DNA from: an uncultured Candidatus Saccharibacteria bacterium
Lineage (GTDB): Bacteria > Patescibacteriota > Saccharimonadia > Saccharimonadales > CAZPPF01
Direction: 5' to 3'
NCBI GenBank assembly: GCA_964627365.1
Contig: CAZVJS010000002.1
Location: 1 to 35,353 of the forward strand
Length of the DNA: 35,353 bases
The position numbers and the translations under genes are program-made. Shown here piece after piece: positions 1 through 9,229 of this stretch (position 1 is its first letter; every line of letters begins with the position of its first letter). The notes beneath the pieces are model-generated. The model saw only the letters and a list, made by a program, of their open reading frames with translations. It was not told the origin of the DNA and did no database searches.

Positions 1-52
<52 letters not shown>

Positions 53-66
53 ATTCGCTTATGCTT

Positions 67-96
67 AAATCCTTATCTTCTAGATGAGGATTTTTG
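67..96 (+). terminator. Rho-independent terminator after tRNA-Glu
   Basis: Stem aaatcct (67-73) pairs with aggattt (87-93) and extends inward by tatc/gatg. A T-run follows at 91-95. Confidence 0.6.
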
Positions 97-109
97 ATAT
101 CATTACTTG

Positions 110-943
110 ATGAGTACGAACCCCGTTGTAGCCTACTATCGCTCAATTGAATCTCGTTTTGGCTACCGTGTGTTAAAGGGGGTGAAACATTTTGGATATT
201 ATCCTAGCGACAAACCGGACATATCAATGAGTCATGCGCAAATGCTTATGAATGCGCAACTTGCTTTAAGACTAGACCTGCCCAATGGAAGTAAAGTATT
301 GGATGCGGGGTGTGGGGAGGGTAATGTAGCACTCTACATGGCAAAAAATCATGGAATGAATGTTGAGGGCATTGACTTGCTTGATTTCAACGTAACAAAT
401 GCTAAAAAGACTGCATTAAGTCAAGGTATTACCGACATGACAAAATTTCAAGTTGGGACATACATGAATCTGCCGTTTGCTGATAACTACTTCGATGCCG
501 TATATACTATGGAGACGCTTGTCCACGCACCTGATTACAAAAAAGCCTTGACCGAGTTTTACCGAGTACTAAAACCAGGCGGCAAGTTAGTATTGTTCGA
601 GTACACTATCATCGCAGACAATGATGTTAAGCCTTTGCAACAAAAAGCGATAAAACGAATCAAACAAATAAATCGTGTTGCCGCAATGCCTGCCTTTAAC
701 GAGTTCACTTTCGGGAGCATGCCGGCAAAATTATCAGCAGCAGGTTTTAAAAAAGCTGCAACCACAGATATAACACCTCGAATGTTGCCATTATTGAAGA
801 AGTTCCACGACAAAGCCAAATTTATTTATATAATGTCACGATTACTTCACCTGGAAAATCACTTGATTAATGGAATGTCTGCAGTTGAATTTTATGAAAA
901 TCAAGACCTTTGGAAATATGAAATTAGTACAGCCATCAAATAG
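110..943 (+). CDS. Class I SAM-dependent methyltransferase (type-11, Erg6/CFA-synthase-like)
   Basis: ORF with ATG at 110 (TTG one codon upstream at 107). SAM-binding motif I VLDAGCGEGN and the downstream LKPGGKLVLFEY motif are present. Confidence 0.75.
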   Translation: MSTNPVVAYYRSIESRFGYRVLKGVKHFGYYPSDKPDISMSHAQMLMNAQLALRLDLPNGSKVLDAGCGEGNVALYMAKNHGMNVEGIDLLDFNVTNAKKTALSQGITDMTKFQVGTYMNLPFADNYFDAVYTMETLVHAPDYKKALTEFYRVLKPGGKLVLFEYTIIADNDVKPLQQKAIKRIKQINRVAAMPAFNEFTFGSMPAKLSAAGFKKAATTDITPRMLPLLKKFHDKAKFIYIMSRLLHLENHLINGMSAVEFYENQDLWKYEISTAIK

Positions 944-974
944 TGGCATTTGAATAAACCCTAACGGCTTATTT

Positions 975-1087
975 GGTTCCACTCATCGCTGGAATGTTAC
1001 TCGCCAGCGTATTACCCTTGTTCAGTTCAATCCACTCGGTGATTTCTGACAGGATATGGTTCCAATTCGACCCCAGTTGGTTCACCA
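975..1087 (+). repeat. Repeat A: 113-nt tRNA-3'-end-like intergenic element
   Basis: About 83% identical to 1834-1945 by hand alignment. It ends in ...ttggttcacca, followed by atacgcttatgctta, which matches the tRNA-Glu end plus flank (47-67) at 20 of 21 positions. The helix cgctgg/ccagcg (987-992/1005-1010) is kept in copy B through G-U changes. Confidence 0.8.
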
Positions 1088-1103
1088 ATACGCTTATGCT
1101 TAT

Positions 1104-1134
1104 AGACCTCTGTAAAAGGAGGTCTATTTGTTTG
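1104..1134 (+). terminator. Rho-independent terminator (copy 1 of a module found three times)
   Basis: agacctc (1104-1110), loop tgtaaaag, gaggtct (1119-1125), then atttgtttg. Near-identical hairpins occur at 15220 and 16102. Confidence 0.7.
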
Positions 1135-1160
1135 CAAACAAAGAATTCTAAGCTTATGCT
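1132..1160 (+). promoter_or_regulatory. Sigma70-like promoter for pilin-like gene 1
   Basis: -35 ttgcaa (1132-1137), 17-nt spacer, -10 tatgct (1155-1160). The ATG lies 8 nt downstream of the -10 box with no Shine-Dalgarno sequence. The geometry at 16129-16157 is identical. Confidence 0.5.
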
Positions 1161-1168
1161 TAAAACTA

Positions 1169-1834
1169 ATGATTAAACTAAACAGCAACGAATTAGGCTT
1201 TGGTGTTATTGAAGGAGTGTTAATCTTAGTTTTCGTTGGTCTTATTGGTTTTGTCGGTTGGTACGTTTGGCATAATCGTGCAACAAACACAGCTAACACT
1301 CCCTCTGCAAATGCTACATCAAGTAAACCCAAGACCACAGCCAAATCATTAGATGCAAAAGTAGACGAAACTGCAGGCTGGACGAGCTATAACAATGCCG
1401 CTATAGGGATTACGTTTAAGTATCCAAGCGAATGGAAAGTTCAAGATGTACTGCCCTGTAACGAAAACTCTACTTCTGCAACAGGACAAGAATGTGCCGT
1501 AAACTTAACCTGGAAAGCAAGTACTGATAAATATCCACCCACAATCTCAATCGAAAGGCTCTCTCATAGTTACAGTAGTTTAGAAAAGTTCTACGATGAT
1601 TACTACGCCCAGTCAGATTTAAACAAGGTAACGAAAGAAACGATTCAAGTCCAGGGCAAATCAGCAACAAAATACACTGTTGTTAATTCGGGCAACACTT
1701 CAAAACAAATCCTTATTAAGTCGGGGGACAAAGTATTCAACTTTTTTAGTGTGAATGAAGCATCATCTGCTCAGGGCTTAAATTACCAAGATGCTTTCGA
1801 TAAGATATTCAATACTTTTAATTCAATTAACTAG
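1169..1834 (+). CDS. Type IV pilin-like protein (prepilin-type N-terminus, unique C-terminal domain)
   Basis: N-terminus MIKLNSNELG|FGVIEGVLILVFVGLIGFVGWYVW has Gly at -1, Phe at +1 and Glu at +5, followed by a hydrophobic helix. An S/T/N/P-rich linker and a globular domain with 2 Cys follow. Confidence 0.7.
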   Translation: MIKLNSNELGFGVIEGVLILVFVGLIGFVGWYVWHNRATNTANTPSANATSSKPKTTAKSLDAKVDETAGWTSYNNAAIGITFKYPSEWKVQDVLPCNENSTSATGQECAVNLTWKASTDKYPPTISIERLSHSYSSLEKFYDDYYAQSDLNKVTKETIQVQGKSATKYTVVNSGNTSKQILIKSGDKVFNFFSVNEASSAQGLNYQDAFDKIFNTFNSIN

Positions 1835-1945
1835 GTTCCACTCAACGCTGGAATGCCATTGACCGGTGTGATACCCTAGTTCAGTTCAATCCACTCTGTG
1901 ATTTCAGACAAGATATGGTTCCTATTCGACCCAGTTAGAACACCA
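1834..1945 (+). repeat. Repeat B: second copy of the tRNA-3'-end-like element
   Basis: It starts at the last base of the pilin stop codon. It ends in caccaattcgctta (1941-1954), identical over 14 of 14 positions to the tRNA-Glu end plus flank (48-61). Confidence 0.8.
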
Positions 1946-1962
1946 ATTCGCTTAGTTTAAGT

Positions 1963-1992
1963 TTGACATAAGCTTTATGCCAGAACTATTAT
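1963..1992 (+). promoter_or_regulatory. Candidate promoter for the 2018-2512 gene
   Basis: -35 ttgaca (1963-1968), 18-nt spacer, -10 tattat (1987-1992). Confidence 0.4.
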
Positions 1993-2017
1993 TAGCTAAA
2001 TAACTCAAGGCAAAAAA

Positions 2018-2512
2018 ATGAAAAAAGTAAAATTCCCAGATATAAAATTCTTGACTGTTTTTGTCTTATTGTTCGCTGGTATCGGCTCATACTTGCTCAT
2101 GCAAAGCCACGCGGCAACGGTTCCATATTCACAATTTTTGACATACACAAATGCTGCACAAACCACTGGAGTTGGTACATCCACTGACTACGTGAATCAA
2201 ATTGGAACTCAGACAGTGTCACAGGTGGCTGCTGGCGGGCAACTCACCTACGTTGTTGGCGGTAAAGTAGCAATTAAATCTATGTGTTATTTTCTGCGTG
2301 CTGTAAATCCAAAAGGAGTCGGCAATACTGCTACAGTAGAACTAACCAATCAATATAAATCTATTGTAATTTCGCTACCTATTGCTGCTGAGTATCAGGA
2401 ATACTGCGTTGGAACTGCTAAAAACGGCAGTCTAAAGCCCTACAACGTCTACAACAAGTCTGCTCAGGATGGTCCACAAGTGTTGATCTATCAAACAGTT
2501 GTAAATTACTAG
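2018..2512 (+). CDS. Secreted hypothetical protein
   Basis: Sec-type signal peptide MKKVKFPDIKFLTVFVLLFAGIGSYLLMQSHA|A. An SD-like aagg sits 9 nt upstream. I recognise no domain. Confidence 0.6.
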   Translation: MKKVKFPDIKFLTVFVLLFAGIGSYLLMQSHAATVPYSQFLTYTNAAQTTGVGTSTDYVNQIGTQTVSQVAAGGQLTYVVGGKVAIKSMCYFLRAVNPKGVGNTATVELTNQYKSIVISLPIAAEYQEYCVGTAKNGSLKPYNVYNKSAQDGPQVLIYQTVVNY

Positions 2513-2516
2513 AATA

Positions 2517-2616
2517 GGTTCTCTGTAGGTTTGGATTCGAACTGGGGTGAAACACCAGTTGTTCTGAAACAAATCCACTTTGTTAGATTTACCCCTGTTC
2601 AAACTAAGCATAAGCA
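2517..2616 (+). repeat. Repeat C: degenerate, rearranged third copy of the A/B element
   Basis: ggtttggattcgaactggggtgaaacacca resembles the 3' segment of A/B. gttgttctgaaacaaatccact resembles the A/B middle part (gttcagttcaatccact). It ends with aagcataagc, the reverse complement of gcttatgctt. Confidence 0.5.
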
Positions 2617-2634
2617 GGTAAAATCAAGGAAAGA

Positions 2635-4071
2635 ATGGATACAACTACTCGCGTACCAAACGTGCCGCTGGCCAAATTCAAGCGCACCAAGATCATTGCC
2701 ACGGTTGGACCCTCAACCGACAGCTATGAAGCAATACTCAAACTGCTCAAAGCCGGAGCCAATGGTTTGCGCCTAAACTTTAGTCATGGAACTTATGAAG
2801 AACGCGAGCGTCAGATCAAATGGATTCGGAAGGCCGCTCACGAATACGGTAAGCCGGTAGCAATTATTCTAGATTTGCAGGGCCCTAAGATACGTTTGGG
2901 AGATTTCGACGGCGTTATCATGGTAAATGCCGGCCAAAGCCTGGCACTAAAATACCAGGCAGATTACGAAAGATCAGGCATTATTCCCACGCAATATGAC
3001 CTAAGTAAAAAGGTCAAGCGTGGTCAGCCGCTCCATATTTACGATGGAAAAGTTCGTACAGAGGTCACCAGCGTCAAAGATGGCGTTGTGCACATTCGGG
3101 CCAAGAACAACGGCATTCTGATTAAGCGCAAAGGCATTAATTTGCCGGAGACAGACTTTGGCGGGGATATTATTACCACCAAAGACCGCCGCGACCTGGC
3201 CTTTGGTTCTGAGCATGACATAGATTATGTGGGACTAAGTTTTGTGCAACACTCCCGTGATATAGCCAAGCTACGTACATTGCTCAAAAATCTGGGCACC
3301 AACGCTCGGATCATTGCCAAGGTAGAAACCGCCGCTGCAATTGAAAATATCGAAGCAATTGTGCAAGAAGCTGATGCTGTCATGGTTGCCCGCGGTGACC
3401 TAGCCACCGAGACATCACCTGAGTCCGTGCCTATTGTGCAGCGCAGAATTGTGGGTTTAGGGCTACATTATGCCAAGCCAACCATTGTAGCTACCCAAAT
3501 GTTAGCTAGCATGATGGAAGAACCGGAGCCAACTCGGGCTGAAGTTTCGGACGTAGCCACAGCAGTGATAATTGGTGCTGATTGTGTGATGCTGAGCGAT
3601 GAAACGGCCACCGGCAAGTATCCTATCGACGCCGTCAAGGTAATGAAACGGGTGATTTTGTATACTCAGGAGAATAACCCAATCGAAACTGTTCGTTTTG
3701 TGGATGTTGCCCCCGACAGGAGCCGACAAACTTCTATTTCGACCGCTGTTATCAAGCTGGCTAGCACCATTCAGGCCACTGCAATTGTGGCCGAGACAAA
3801 GTCTGGCGCAACTGCCCTCCAGATTGCCGCCCAACGCCCAAAAATTCCTATTATTGCTGTGACCTCAGATGACCGCACTGCTCAGCAGTTGGCATTGGTA
3901 TATGGATCCAAAAGTTATGTCCGACCGGCCGACAAACTAGCTGCCACTAAATTGACCAACTGGCTTTTGCAAAACAATGTGCTCAAGAAAGGTGAAATTG
4001 TAGTGACAGCTTCTGGGCAATATCCGGGTGTGGTGGGAACTACAGACACAATCAAAGTCCGGGTGTTATAG
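2635..4071 (+). CDS. pyk: Pyruvate kinase
   Basis: 478 aa with TKIIATVGPS, LNFSHG and MVARGDL motifs. SD aaggaaag lies upstream. Confidence 0.93.
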   Translation: MDTTTRVPNVPLAKFKRTKIIATVGPSTDSYEAILKLLKAGANGLRLNFSHGTYEERERQIKWIRKAAHEYGKPVAIILDLQGPKIRLGDFDGVIMVNAGQSLALKYQADYERSGIIPTQYDLSKKVKRGQPLHIYDGKVRTEVTSVKDGVVHIRAKNNGILIKRKGINLPETDFGGDIITTKDRRDLAFGSEHDIDYVGLSFVQHSRDIAKLRTLLKNLGTNARIIAKVETAAAIENIEAIVQEADAVMVARGDLATETSPESVPIVQRRIVGLGLHYAKPTIVATQMLASMMEEPEPTRAEVSDVATAVIIGADCVMLSDETATGKYPIDAVKVMKRVILYTQENNPIETVRFVDVAPDRSRQTSISTAVIKLASTIQATAIVAETKSGATALQIAAQRPKIPIIAVTSDDRTAQQLALVYGSKSYVRPADKLAATKLTNWLLQNNVLKKGEIVVTASGQYPGVVGTTDTIKVRVL

Positions 4072-4097
4072 TATTCGCTAGAAAGGGTGGGCGTCCC

Positions 4098-5387
4098 TTG
4101 GGGTTCAACAAAAAAACAATTCACGACATTGATCTGCACGGCAAGACAGTGCTGCTGCGGGCTGACTACAATGTGCCGGTGTCAGGCGGCAAGATTACTG
4201 ATGACTACCGTATTAAGCAGTCACTGCCAACCATTGAATTTCTACTGGGGCAAAATTGTAAACTGGTTATTTGTTCGCACCTGGGGCGTCCGAGTGGAAC
4301 TGGTGATGCTGCTACCAGTTTAAAGCCAGTGGCCAAACGCCTATCTAAGCTACTTGGCAAAGATGTTGGCTTTGCTTCAGACTGTGTTGGGCCGGAGGCT
4401 GAAGCGGCTGCTAGTGGGCTGAAACAGGGCCAGATTTTGTTACTAGAAAACTTGCGTTATCACGAAGCTGAAGAAAAGAATGACCCAGAGTTTGCTAAAC
4501 AACTGGCCAGCCTGGCCGAAGTGTTTGTACAAGATGGTTTTGGTGTGGTGCACCGGGCGCACGCTTCAACTGATGCAATTACCAAGTTTTTACCGAGTGT
4601 TGCAGGGTTATTACTCGAAAAAGAAGTCAGTACTATTAACGAAGTTATGGAAAATCCCAAGCGACCGCTGATGGCAGTGATCGGTGGCGCTAAAATCTCT
4701 GACAAGATAGAAGTCTTGAAGCGTCTAATAGATATTGCCGACTTTGTAGCCGTAGGCGGGGCTATGGCCAACACGTTTCTGCTAGCCGAAGGCATTAAGA
4801 CCGGCAAAAGTTTGGTAGAAAAAGCCGATGTGCCATTGGCTGAGGAAATTATTGAAAAAGCCCGGGCAAAGGCCAAAAAAGAGCCATTTATTTTCTATAT
4901 TCCCCAGGACGGAGTAGTTGCTAGCAAGATGGATAAGTCGACGCATACCAGGATTGTGGACTGGAGTGCGCATGTTGTTGCCGAGATAGAAAACTATCCC
5001 AAGACACCGCCACCCGAGAGCGGGGTGATTGAGCCTGATGAAATGGTTCTGGATATTGGGCCGTTCTCAGGAGCCTTTATTGCCGGTGGAATGCAGCTGG
5101 CCAACACCGTGGTATGGAATGGAACCATGGGTGTCACCGAAATACCAGCTCTACATGGTCCAGTTGGCCCGTTTGCGCAAGGAACAGAACTGGTGATTGA
5201 ATCAATACTGGGCCAGTTTGGGCACCGACCATATAGCTTAGTAGGCGGAGGCGATACGGTAGGGTATCTGGAAAGTCGGGGACAAATGGAGCTATTTGAC
5301 CATGTTTCGACTGGTGGTGGTGCTAGCCTAGAGCTAATGAGTGGAAAAAAACTGCCAGGAGTTGAGGCTCTCGAGGATAAGAGGTGA
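4098..5387 (+). CDS. pgk: Phosphoglycerate kinase
   Basis: 429 aa with a TTG start preceded by gaaagggtgg. Motifs include LLRADYNVP and STGGGASLE. Confidence 0.93.
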   Translation: MGFNKKTIHDIDLHGKTVLLRADYNVPVSGGKITDDYRIKQSLPTIEFLLGQNCKLVICSHLGRPSGTGDAATSLKPVAKRLSKLLGKDVGFASDCVGPEAEAAASGLKQGQILLLENLRYHEAEEKNDPEFAKQLASLAEVFVQDGFGVVHRAHASTDAITKFLPSVAGLLLEKEVSTINEVMENPKRPLMAVIGGAKISDKIEVLKRLIDIADFVAVGGAMANTFLLAEGIKTGKSLVEKADVPLAEEIIEKARAKAKKEPFIFYIPQDGVVASKMDKSTHTRIVDWSAHVVAEIENYPKTPPPESGVIEPDEMVLDIGPFSGAFIAGGMQLANTVVWNGTMGVTEIPALHGPVGPFAQGTELVIESILGQFGHRPYSLVGGGDTVGYLESRGQMELFDHVSTGGGASLELMSGKKLPGVEALEDKR

Positions 5388-5412
5388 TACAATAAGCAAA
5401 AGCATTATTACC

Positions 5413-6213
5413 ATGAGAAAAACTCTGATTGTCGGCAACTGGAAGATGAACCTGGACACCTCGCAGGCTAGTTTGCTGGTGCATCGCCTGGAAGAGCGAA
5501 TCAAGATTCACCAAGACATTGAGGTGGTGCTGGCTCCCAGCCTACTGACCTTGCAACCCTTGAGTCTGCAAATTGACCGGCGCAAGTTTCGCTTGGCCGC
5601 TCAGAATGCCTACCTCAAAGACGAGGGAGCCTTTACGGGCGAGGTGAGCTTTACGATGTTGCGCGACCTGGTGCATTACGTAATTGTGGGGCATTCTGAG
5701 CGGCGCCTCTACTTCCATGAAGATTTACCAGTTGTTCGTGACAAAGTTGCGGCGGCCATTCGTAATGAGATCAGTCCAATTTTATGTGTTGGCGAAACGC
5801 AGGTAGAGCGCCGAGCTGGAGAGACTAGACAAGTCTTGCACGATCAAATTATGAGTGCGCTTAGTAACTTGACCGACCAAGAAGTCAGTGAAGTGGTAAT
5901 TGCCTATGAACCGGTCTGGGCCATCAGTACTTTCGGTGGAATTTTGGCCAAGCCAGATGAAGTCAAACAAGCCATGAATTTTATCCGCAAGCAAGTCGAA
6001 GATTTGTATGGTCCAAAAGCTGCCAAAAAGGTCCGCATTTTGTACGGTGGTAGTGTGGATGATCAGATTGTAACCGGTTACTTAGAAATTGAAGGTTGTG
6101 ATGGCGTTCTGGTTGGCGGCGCTAGCCTGAATTATCATAAATTTAGCGGAATTGTTGAAAAAGCCTATGCTCTAAAACACGCACGGGAGGAACAGAATGG
6201 CAAAAACGACTAA
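5413..6213 (+). CDS. tpiA: Triosephosphate isomerase
   Basis: The ATG at 5413 gives the canonical N-terminus MRKTLIVGNWKMN. VGHSERR and AYEPVWAI motifs are present. The ORF-track start at 5341 is an upstream extension. Confidence 0.92.
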   Translation: MRKTLIVGNWKMNLDTSQASLLVHRLEERIKIHQDIEVVLAPSLLTLQPLSLQIDRRKFRLAAQNAYLKDEGAFTGEVSFTMLRDLVHYVIVGHSERRLYFHEDLPVVRDKVAAAIRNEISPILCVGETQVERRAGETRQVLHDQIMSALSNLTDQEVSEVVIAYEPVWAISTFGGILAKPDEVKQAMNFIRKQVEDLYGPKAAKKVRILYGGSVDDQIVTGYLEIEGCDGVLVGGASLNYHKFSGIVEKAYALKHAREEQNGKND

Positions 6214-6970
6214 AAAAGACGACAAAGTCATGGACGTCTCTAAACCTGGTTCATCAGCCCCCGATGCTAGTTCACGCCCGGTCATTGTCGGTCATCGTAC
6301 CTTGCTGCAAGATCCCATGATGAAATCAGCTGAACCAGAAGCGGACAAAGAAGAAAAGGTGATTGTATCTACCACTGCGCCGACCATTAAACCGCCGAGC
6401 GAGAGTAAATCAGATAAGGTTGAGGTTGTTGGTGATAGCCCGGAATCCGCTAAAATCGAAAAATCAGATGTCAAAGAGTCTGCAAAGGAAACTGGTGAGC
6501 CAAAGCAGGATGAATCCAAGCCTTTAGCGGTGATCGAGTCCACCGAAATGGAAAAAGATGAAACAAAGCCTGAAACTGATGATGAACCCAAGGAGACGGA
6601 AGAGCCGGCAACTACTGAAGAATCTACTGAAGAATCTAAGGACGAGCCTAAACCGGACACTGAACCCGAAGAAAATTCAGAGAGTTCTAATTCAGACGAA
6701 GCGGCTACCGATGTGTTAGCCGAACAAGCTGCTGCCAAAAAAACCACTGACAAAGAAGACAAAGAAGCTGTTGCCAGGCAAGAAGCAGTTCAAAAACTGG
6801 TTACTGACAAAACATACAACCTGCCAATTGGCGAAGCCAAGCGAAAACGCAACATGTCGCTGGTGGTATTACTACTACTGCTAATAGTTGCTGCGGCACT
6901 CTTGTATCTGGCAATTGACGCAGAAATTATCAAAACATCCATCAAGCTGCCCGTAGAATTTATTAAATAG
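6197..6970 (+). CDS. Acidic E/K/T/P-rich low-complexity protein with a C-terminal transmembrane anchor
   Basis: A strong SD gggagga (6185-6191) precedes the ATG at 6197, which overlaps the tpiA end by 17 nt. The C-terminal helix is LVVLLLLLIVAAALLYLAI. I recognise no domain. Confidence 0.6.
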   Translation: MAKTTKKDDKVMDVSKPGSSAPDASSRPVIVGHRTLLQDPMMKSAEPEADKEEKVIVSTTAPTIKPPSESKSDKVEVVGDSPESAKIEKSDVKESAKETGEPKQDESKPLAVIESTEMEKDETKPETDDEPKETEEPATTEESTEESKDEPKPDTEPEENSESSNSDEAATDVLAEQAAAKKTTDKEDKEAVARQEAVQKLVTDKTYNLPIGEAKRKRNMSLVVLLLLLIVAAALLYLAIDAEIIKTSIKLPVEFIK

Positions 6971-7002
6971 GACTGACCATCCCGAGTTGCTAAAATGGGT
7001 TA

Positions 7003-9150
7003 GTGACAGAGGATATTCTAAGTGGGTTAAATCCAGAACAACTACGAGCGGTCAAAACTACCGAAGGGCCACTGCTAATTCAGGCTGGAGCCGGGTCAGG
7101 AAAGACCAAAACTCTGACGCACCGCATTGCCTTTATTATTGCCAGCAAGAAGGCTACACCGCCTAATATTTTGTCGGTGACCTTTACCAACAAAGCGGCT
7201 CGTGAAATGCGTGAACGTATCGCTCGGCTTTTGGGTGAACATTCAGAAAACAGAGCTTTTATGCCATTCATGGGCACCTTCCACAGTATTTGCGTGCGGA
7301 TTTTGCGCCAAGACGGTGAGCACTTAGGTTTACCCCGCAGCTTTGTAATCTTTGACGATAGCGACCAACAAGCTGCTATCAAACAAGCCTCCAAGCAACT
7401 GCTGATTGATGAAAAAAGCTTTCCACCACGGCTACTTGGTAGCTTGATTAGTAGCGCCAAAAACGAGCTGATTGGTCCAAGTGAATATGCCAACCATCAA
7501 AATAGCCCAGCCGAGCGAGCCACGGCTCAAGTTTTTCCAGTTTACGAGCAAATTTTGCGCAATGCCAAAGCGTTGGACTTTGACGATCTGATCGGCAAAA
7601 CCGTCAAATTACTGGAAACCCAGCCAGCAATTCGCGAGAAATGGCGTGAGCAGTTCAAGTACGTAATGATCGACGAATACCAAGATACCAATGCCGCCCA
7701 GTACCGCTTGATCAAGTTGTTGACCAATGATCATAACAACATTGCGGTGGTGGGTGACGACTGGCAATCTATCTACTCCTGGCGCGGTGCAGATTTTCGT
7801 AATATTCTTAACTTTGAAAAAGACTATCCAAAGTGCACGGTGATCAAGCTTGAGCAAAATTACCGCAGTACCAAGGCTATTTTGGATGCCGCTCATGCCG
7901 TGATTAGCAAAAACCTCCAACGCTCTGACAAAAAACTATGGACGGCTGCTGGGCACGGCTCGCCAGTCCAATTGGTGCAAGTGGGCAGCGAGCGGGCCGA
8001 GGCCGAAGCGGTCATTCGCCGAGTTCAAAATACGGTTGATGCTGGACTGCGCACTTACAACCATTTTGCGGTTTTGTATCGTACCAACGCCCAAAGTCGC
8101 AGCTTGGAAGAAAGTTTTGTGCGCTACGGGGTGCCATACCGGATTGTCGGCGGCGTACGATTCTACGACCGCAAAGAAATCAAGGATATCTTGGCGTACC
8201 TGAGGTTGATTTATCAGCCAGAGGATTCAGTAAGTTTTGAGCGGATTGTAAATGTACCAACCCGCGGCATCGGCACAAAGTCTTTGCAGGGCTTTGACGC
8301 CTGGAAGCGTCGCAATAGTTTGGGTTTACAACACGCGCTAGAGCGAGCCAACGAGATTGAGGAGCTTACCCCCAAAGCTCGCCAAGCATTCGGTGAACTA
8401 GGTGACACGCTGGCCAGCTTACGTGAAGTTATGCAAGATGCTCCCGTGGCGGCGCTGCTCGATTCGCTAATCCGGCGCATTAACTACTATGATTACTTGG
8501 ACGATGGTGGTCCTCAGGGTGAATCTCGCAAGGAAAACGTCAAAGAACTCTGTAGTGTAGCCCAAGAATATAACGACCTTGGTCTTGATGGATTTTTAGA
8601 AGAAATTTCCCTGGTTAGCGACCTAGATAGAGCAGATTTTAATAATAACGCCGTTACACTAATGACCCTGCATGCCGCCAAAGGCCTGGAGTTTCCGGTG
8701 GTATTTATGGCTGGTATGGAAGAAAGCATTTTTCCGCACTCTAGAGCGCTGTATGATCAGTCCGAAATGGAAGAAGAACGCAGGCTCTGCTACGTGGGCA
8801 TGACCCGCGCTCGTGAGGAGCTGTACCTGATGTACGCCAGCGCTCGGTTATTGTATGGCGGCATGCAACATAATCCACCTAGCCGTTTCTTGAGCGAAAT
8901 CGAAGATCTTTCGCAGTCCAATCCTTATCCTGACACTGGCAACAATCAAACTGACGTTTGGAACCAATCTAACGCTGCCGCAAACGAGCCAAAGTACGTT
9001 CCAGAACTGAACGAAGGTGACGCCGTTCGACACCGCCTGTTTGGTGATGGTACGGTCATGGAGCTGGCTGGCGACGAAGCCGTGATTTACTTCAAAGGCA
9101 AAGGGGCCAAAAAGCTCAATATTGCCTTTGCGCCACTTGAAAAGCTTTAG
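7003..9150 (+). CDS. pcrA: ATP-dependent DNA helicase PcrA/UvrD
   Basis: GTG start. SF1 motifs AGAGSGKT and DEYQDTN and the typical C-terminal tail (RHRLFGDGTV...) are present. Confidence 0.92.
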   Translation: MTEDILSGLNPEQLRAVKTTEGPLLIQAGAGSGKTKTLTHRIAFIIASKKATPPNILSVTFTNKAAREMRERIARLLGEHSENRAFMPFMGTFHSICVRILRQDGEHLGLPRSFVIFDDSDQQAAIKQASKQLLIDEKSFPPRLLGSLISSAKNELIGPSEYANHQNSPAERATAQVFPVYEQILRNAKALDFDDLIGKTVKLLETQPAIREKWREQFKYVMIDEYQDTNAAQYRLIKLLTNDHNNIAVVGDDWQSIYSWRGADFRNILNFEKDYPKCTVIKLEQNYRSTKAILDAAHAVISKNLQRSDKKLWTAAGHGSPVQLVQVGSERAEAEAVIRRVQNTVDAGLRTYNHFAVLYRTNAQSRSLEESFVRYGVPYRIVGGVRFYDRKEIKDILAYLRLIYQPEDSVSFERIVNVPTRGIGTKSLQGFDAWKRRNSLGLQHALERANEIEELTPKARQAFGELGDTLASLREVMQDAPVAALLDSLIRRINYYDYLDDGGPQGESRKENVKELCSVAQEYNDLGLDGFLEEISLVSDLDRADFNNNAVTLMTLHAAKGLEFPVVFMAGMEESIFPHSRALYDQSEMEEERRLCYVGMTRAREELYLMYASARLLYGGMQHNPPSRFLSEIEDLSQSNPYPDTGNNQTDVWNQSNAAANEPKYVPELNEGDAVRHRLFGDGTVMELAGDEAVIYFKGKGAKKLNIAFAPLEKL

Positions 9151-9229
9151 ACCAGGCTGGCCTTGGACAGGTGTACGCTAATCTGTTAAACTACAACTTT
9201 GGCACTATTTTTGGGGCCAGATAAGACTT

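Noticed and set aside
973-1344. ORFs 973-1176 (+, 67 aa) and 1027-1344 (-, 105 aa)
   Set aside because: They run across repeat A, the terminator hairpin, the promoter and the 5' end of the pilin-like gene. Neither has an SD or a plausible composition, so I treat them as non-coding or shadow ORFs.
975-2616. Repeats A/B/C as genuine tRNA genes or tRNA pseudogenes
   Set aside because: No cloverleaf can be drawn. The 5' end does not pair with the 3' ...ttggttcacca strand, there is no anticodon arm, and the T-loop-like segments lack a paired stem. Only the 3'-end/junction similarity is solid.
2531-2776. 81-aa + strand ORF overlapping repeat C and the pyk start
   Set aside because: It is out of frame with the well-supported pyruvate kinase gene and starts inside a repeat element, which makes it a spurious ORF.
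6292-6762. 156-aa Ser-rich minus-strand ORF
   Set aside because: It is the antisense reading of the GAA/GAT/AAA-rich acidic protein gene, a low-complexity mirror artefact.
9151-9229. A possible riboswitch (ydaO-type, as found upstream of some rpf/cell-wall hydrolase genes) before the G5 protein gene
   Set aside because: The 79-nt intergenic region is too short and shows none of the conserved motifs. It contains only a weak 5-bp hairpin without a T-run.
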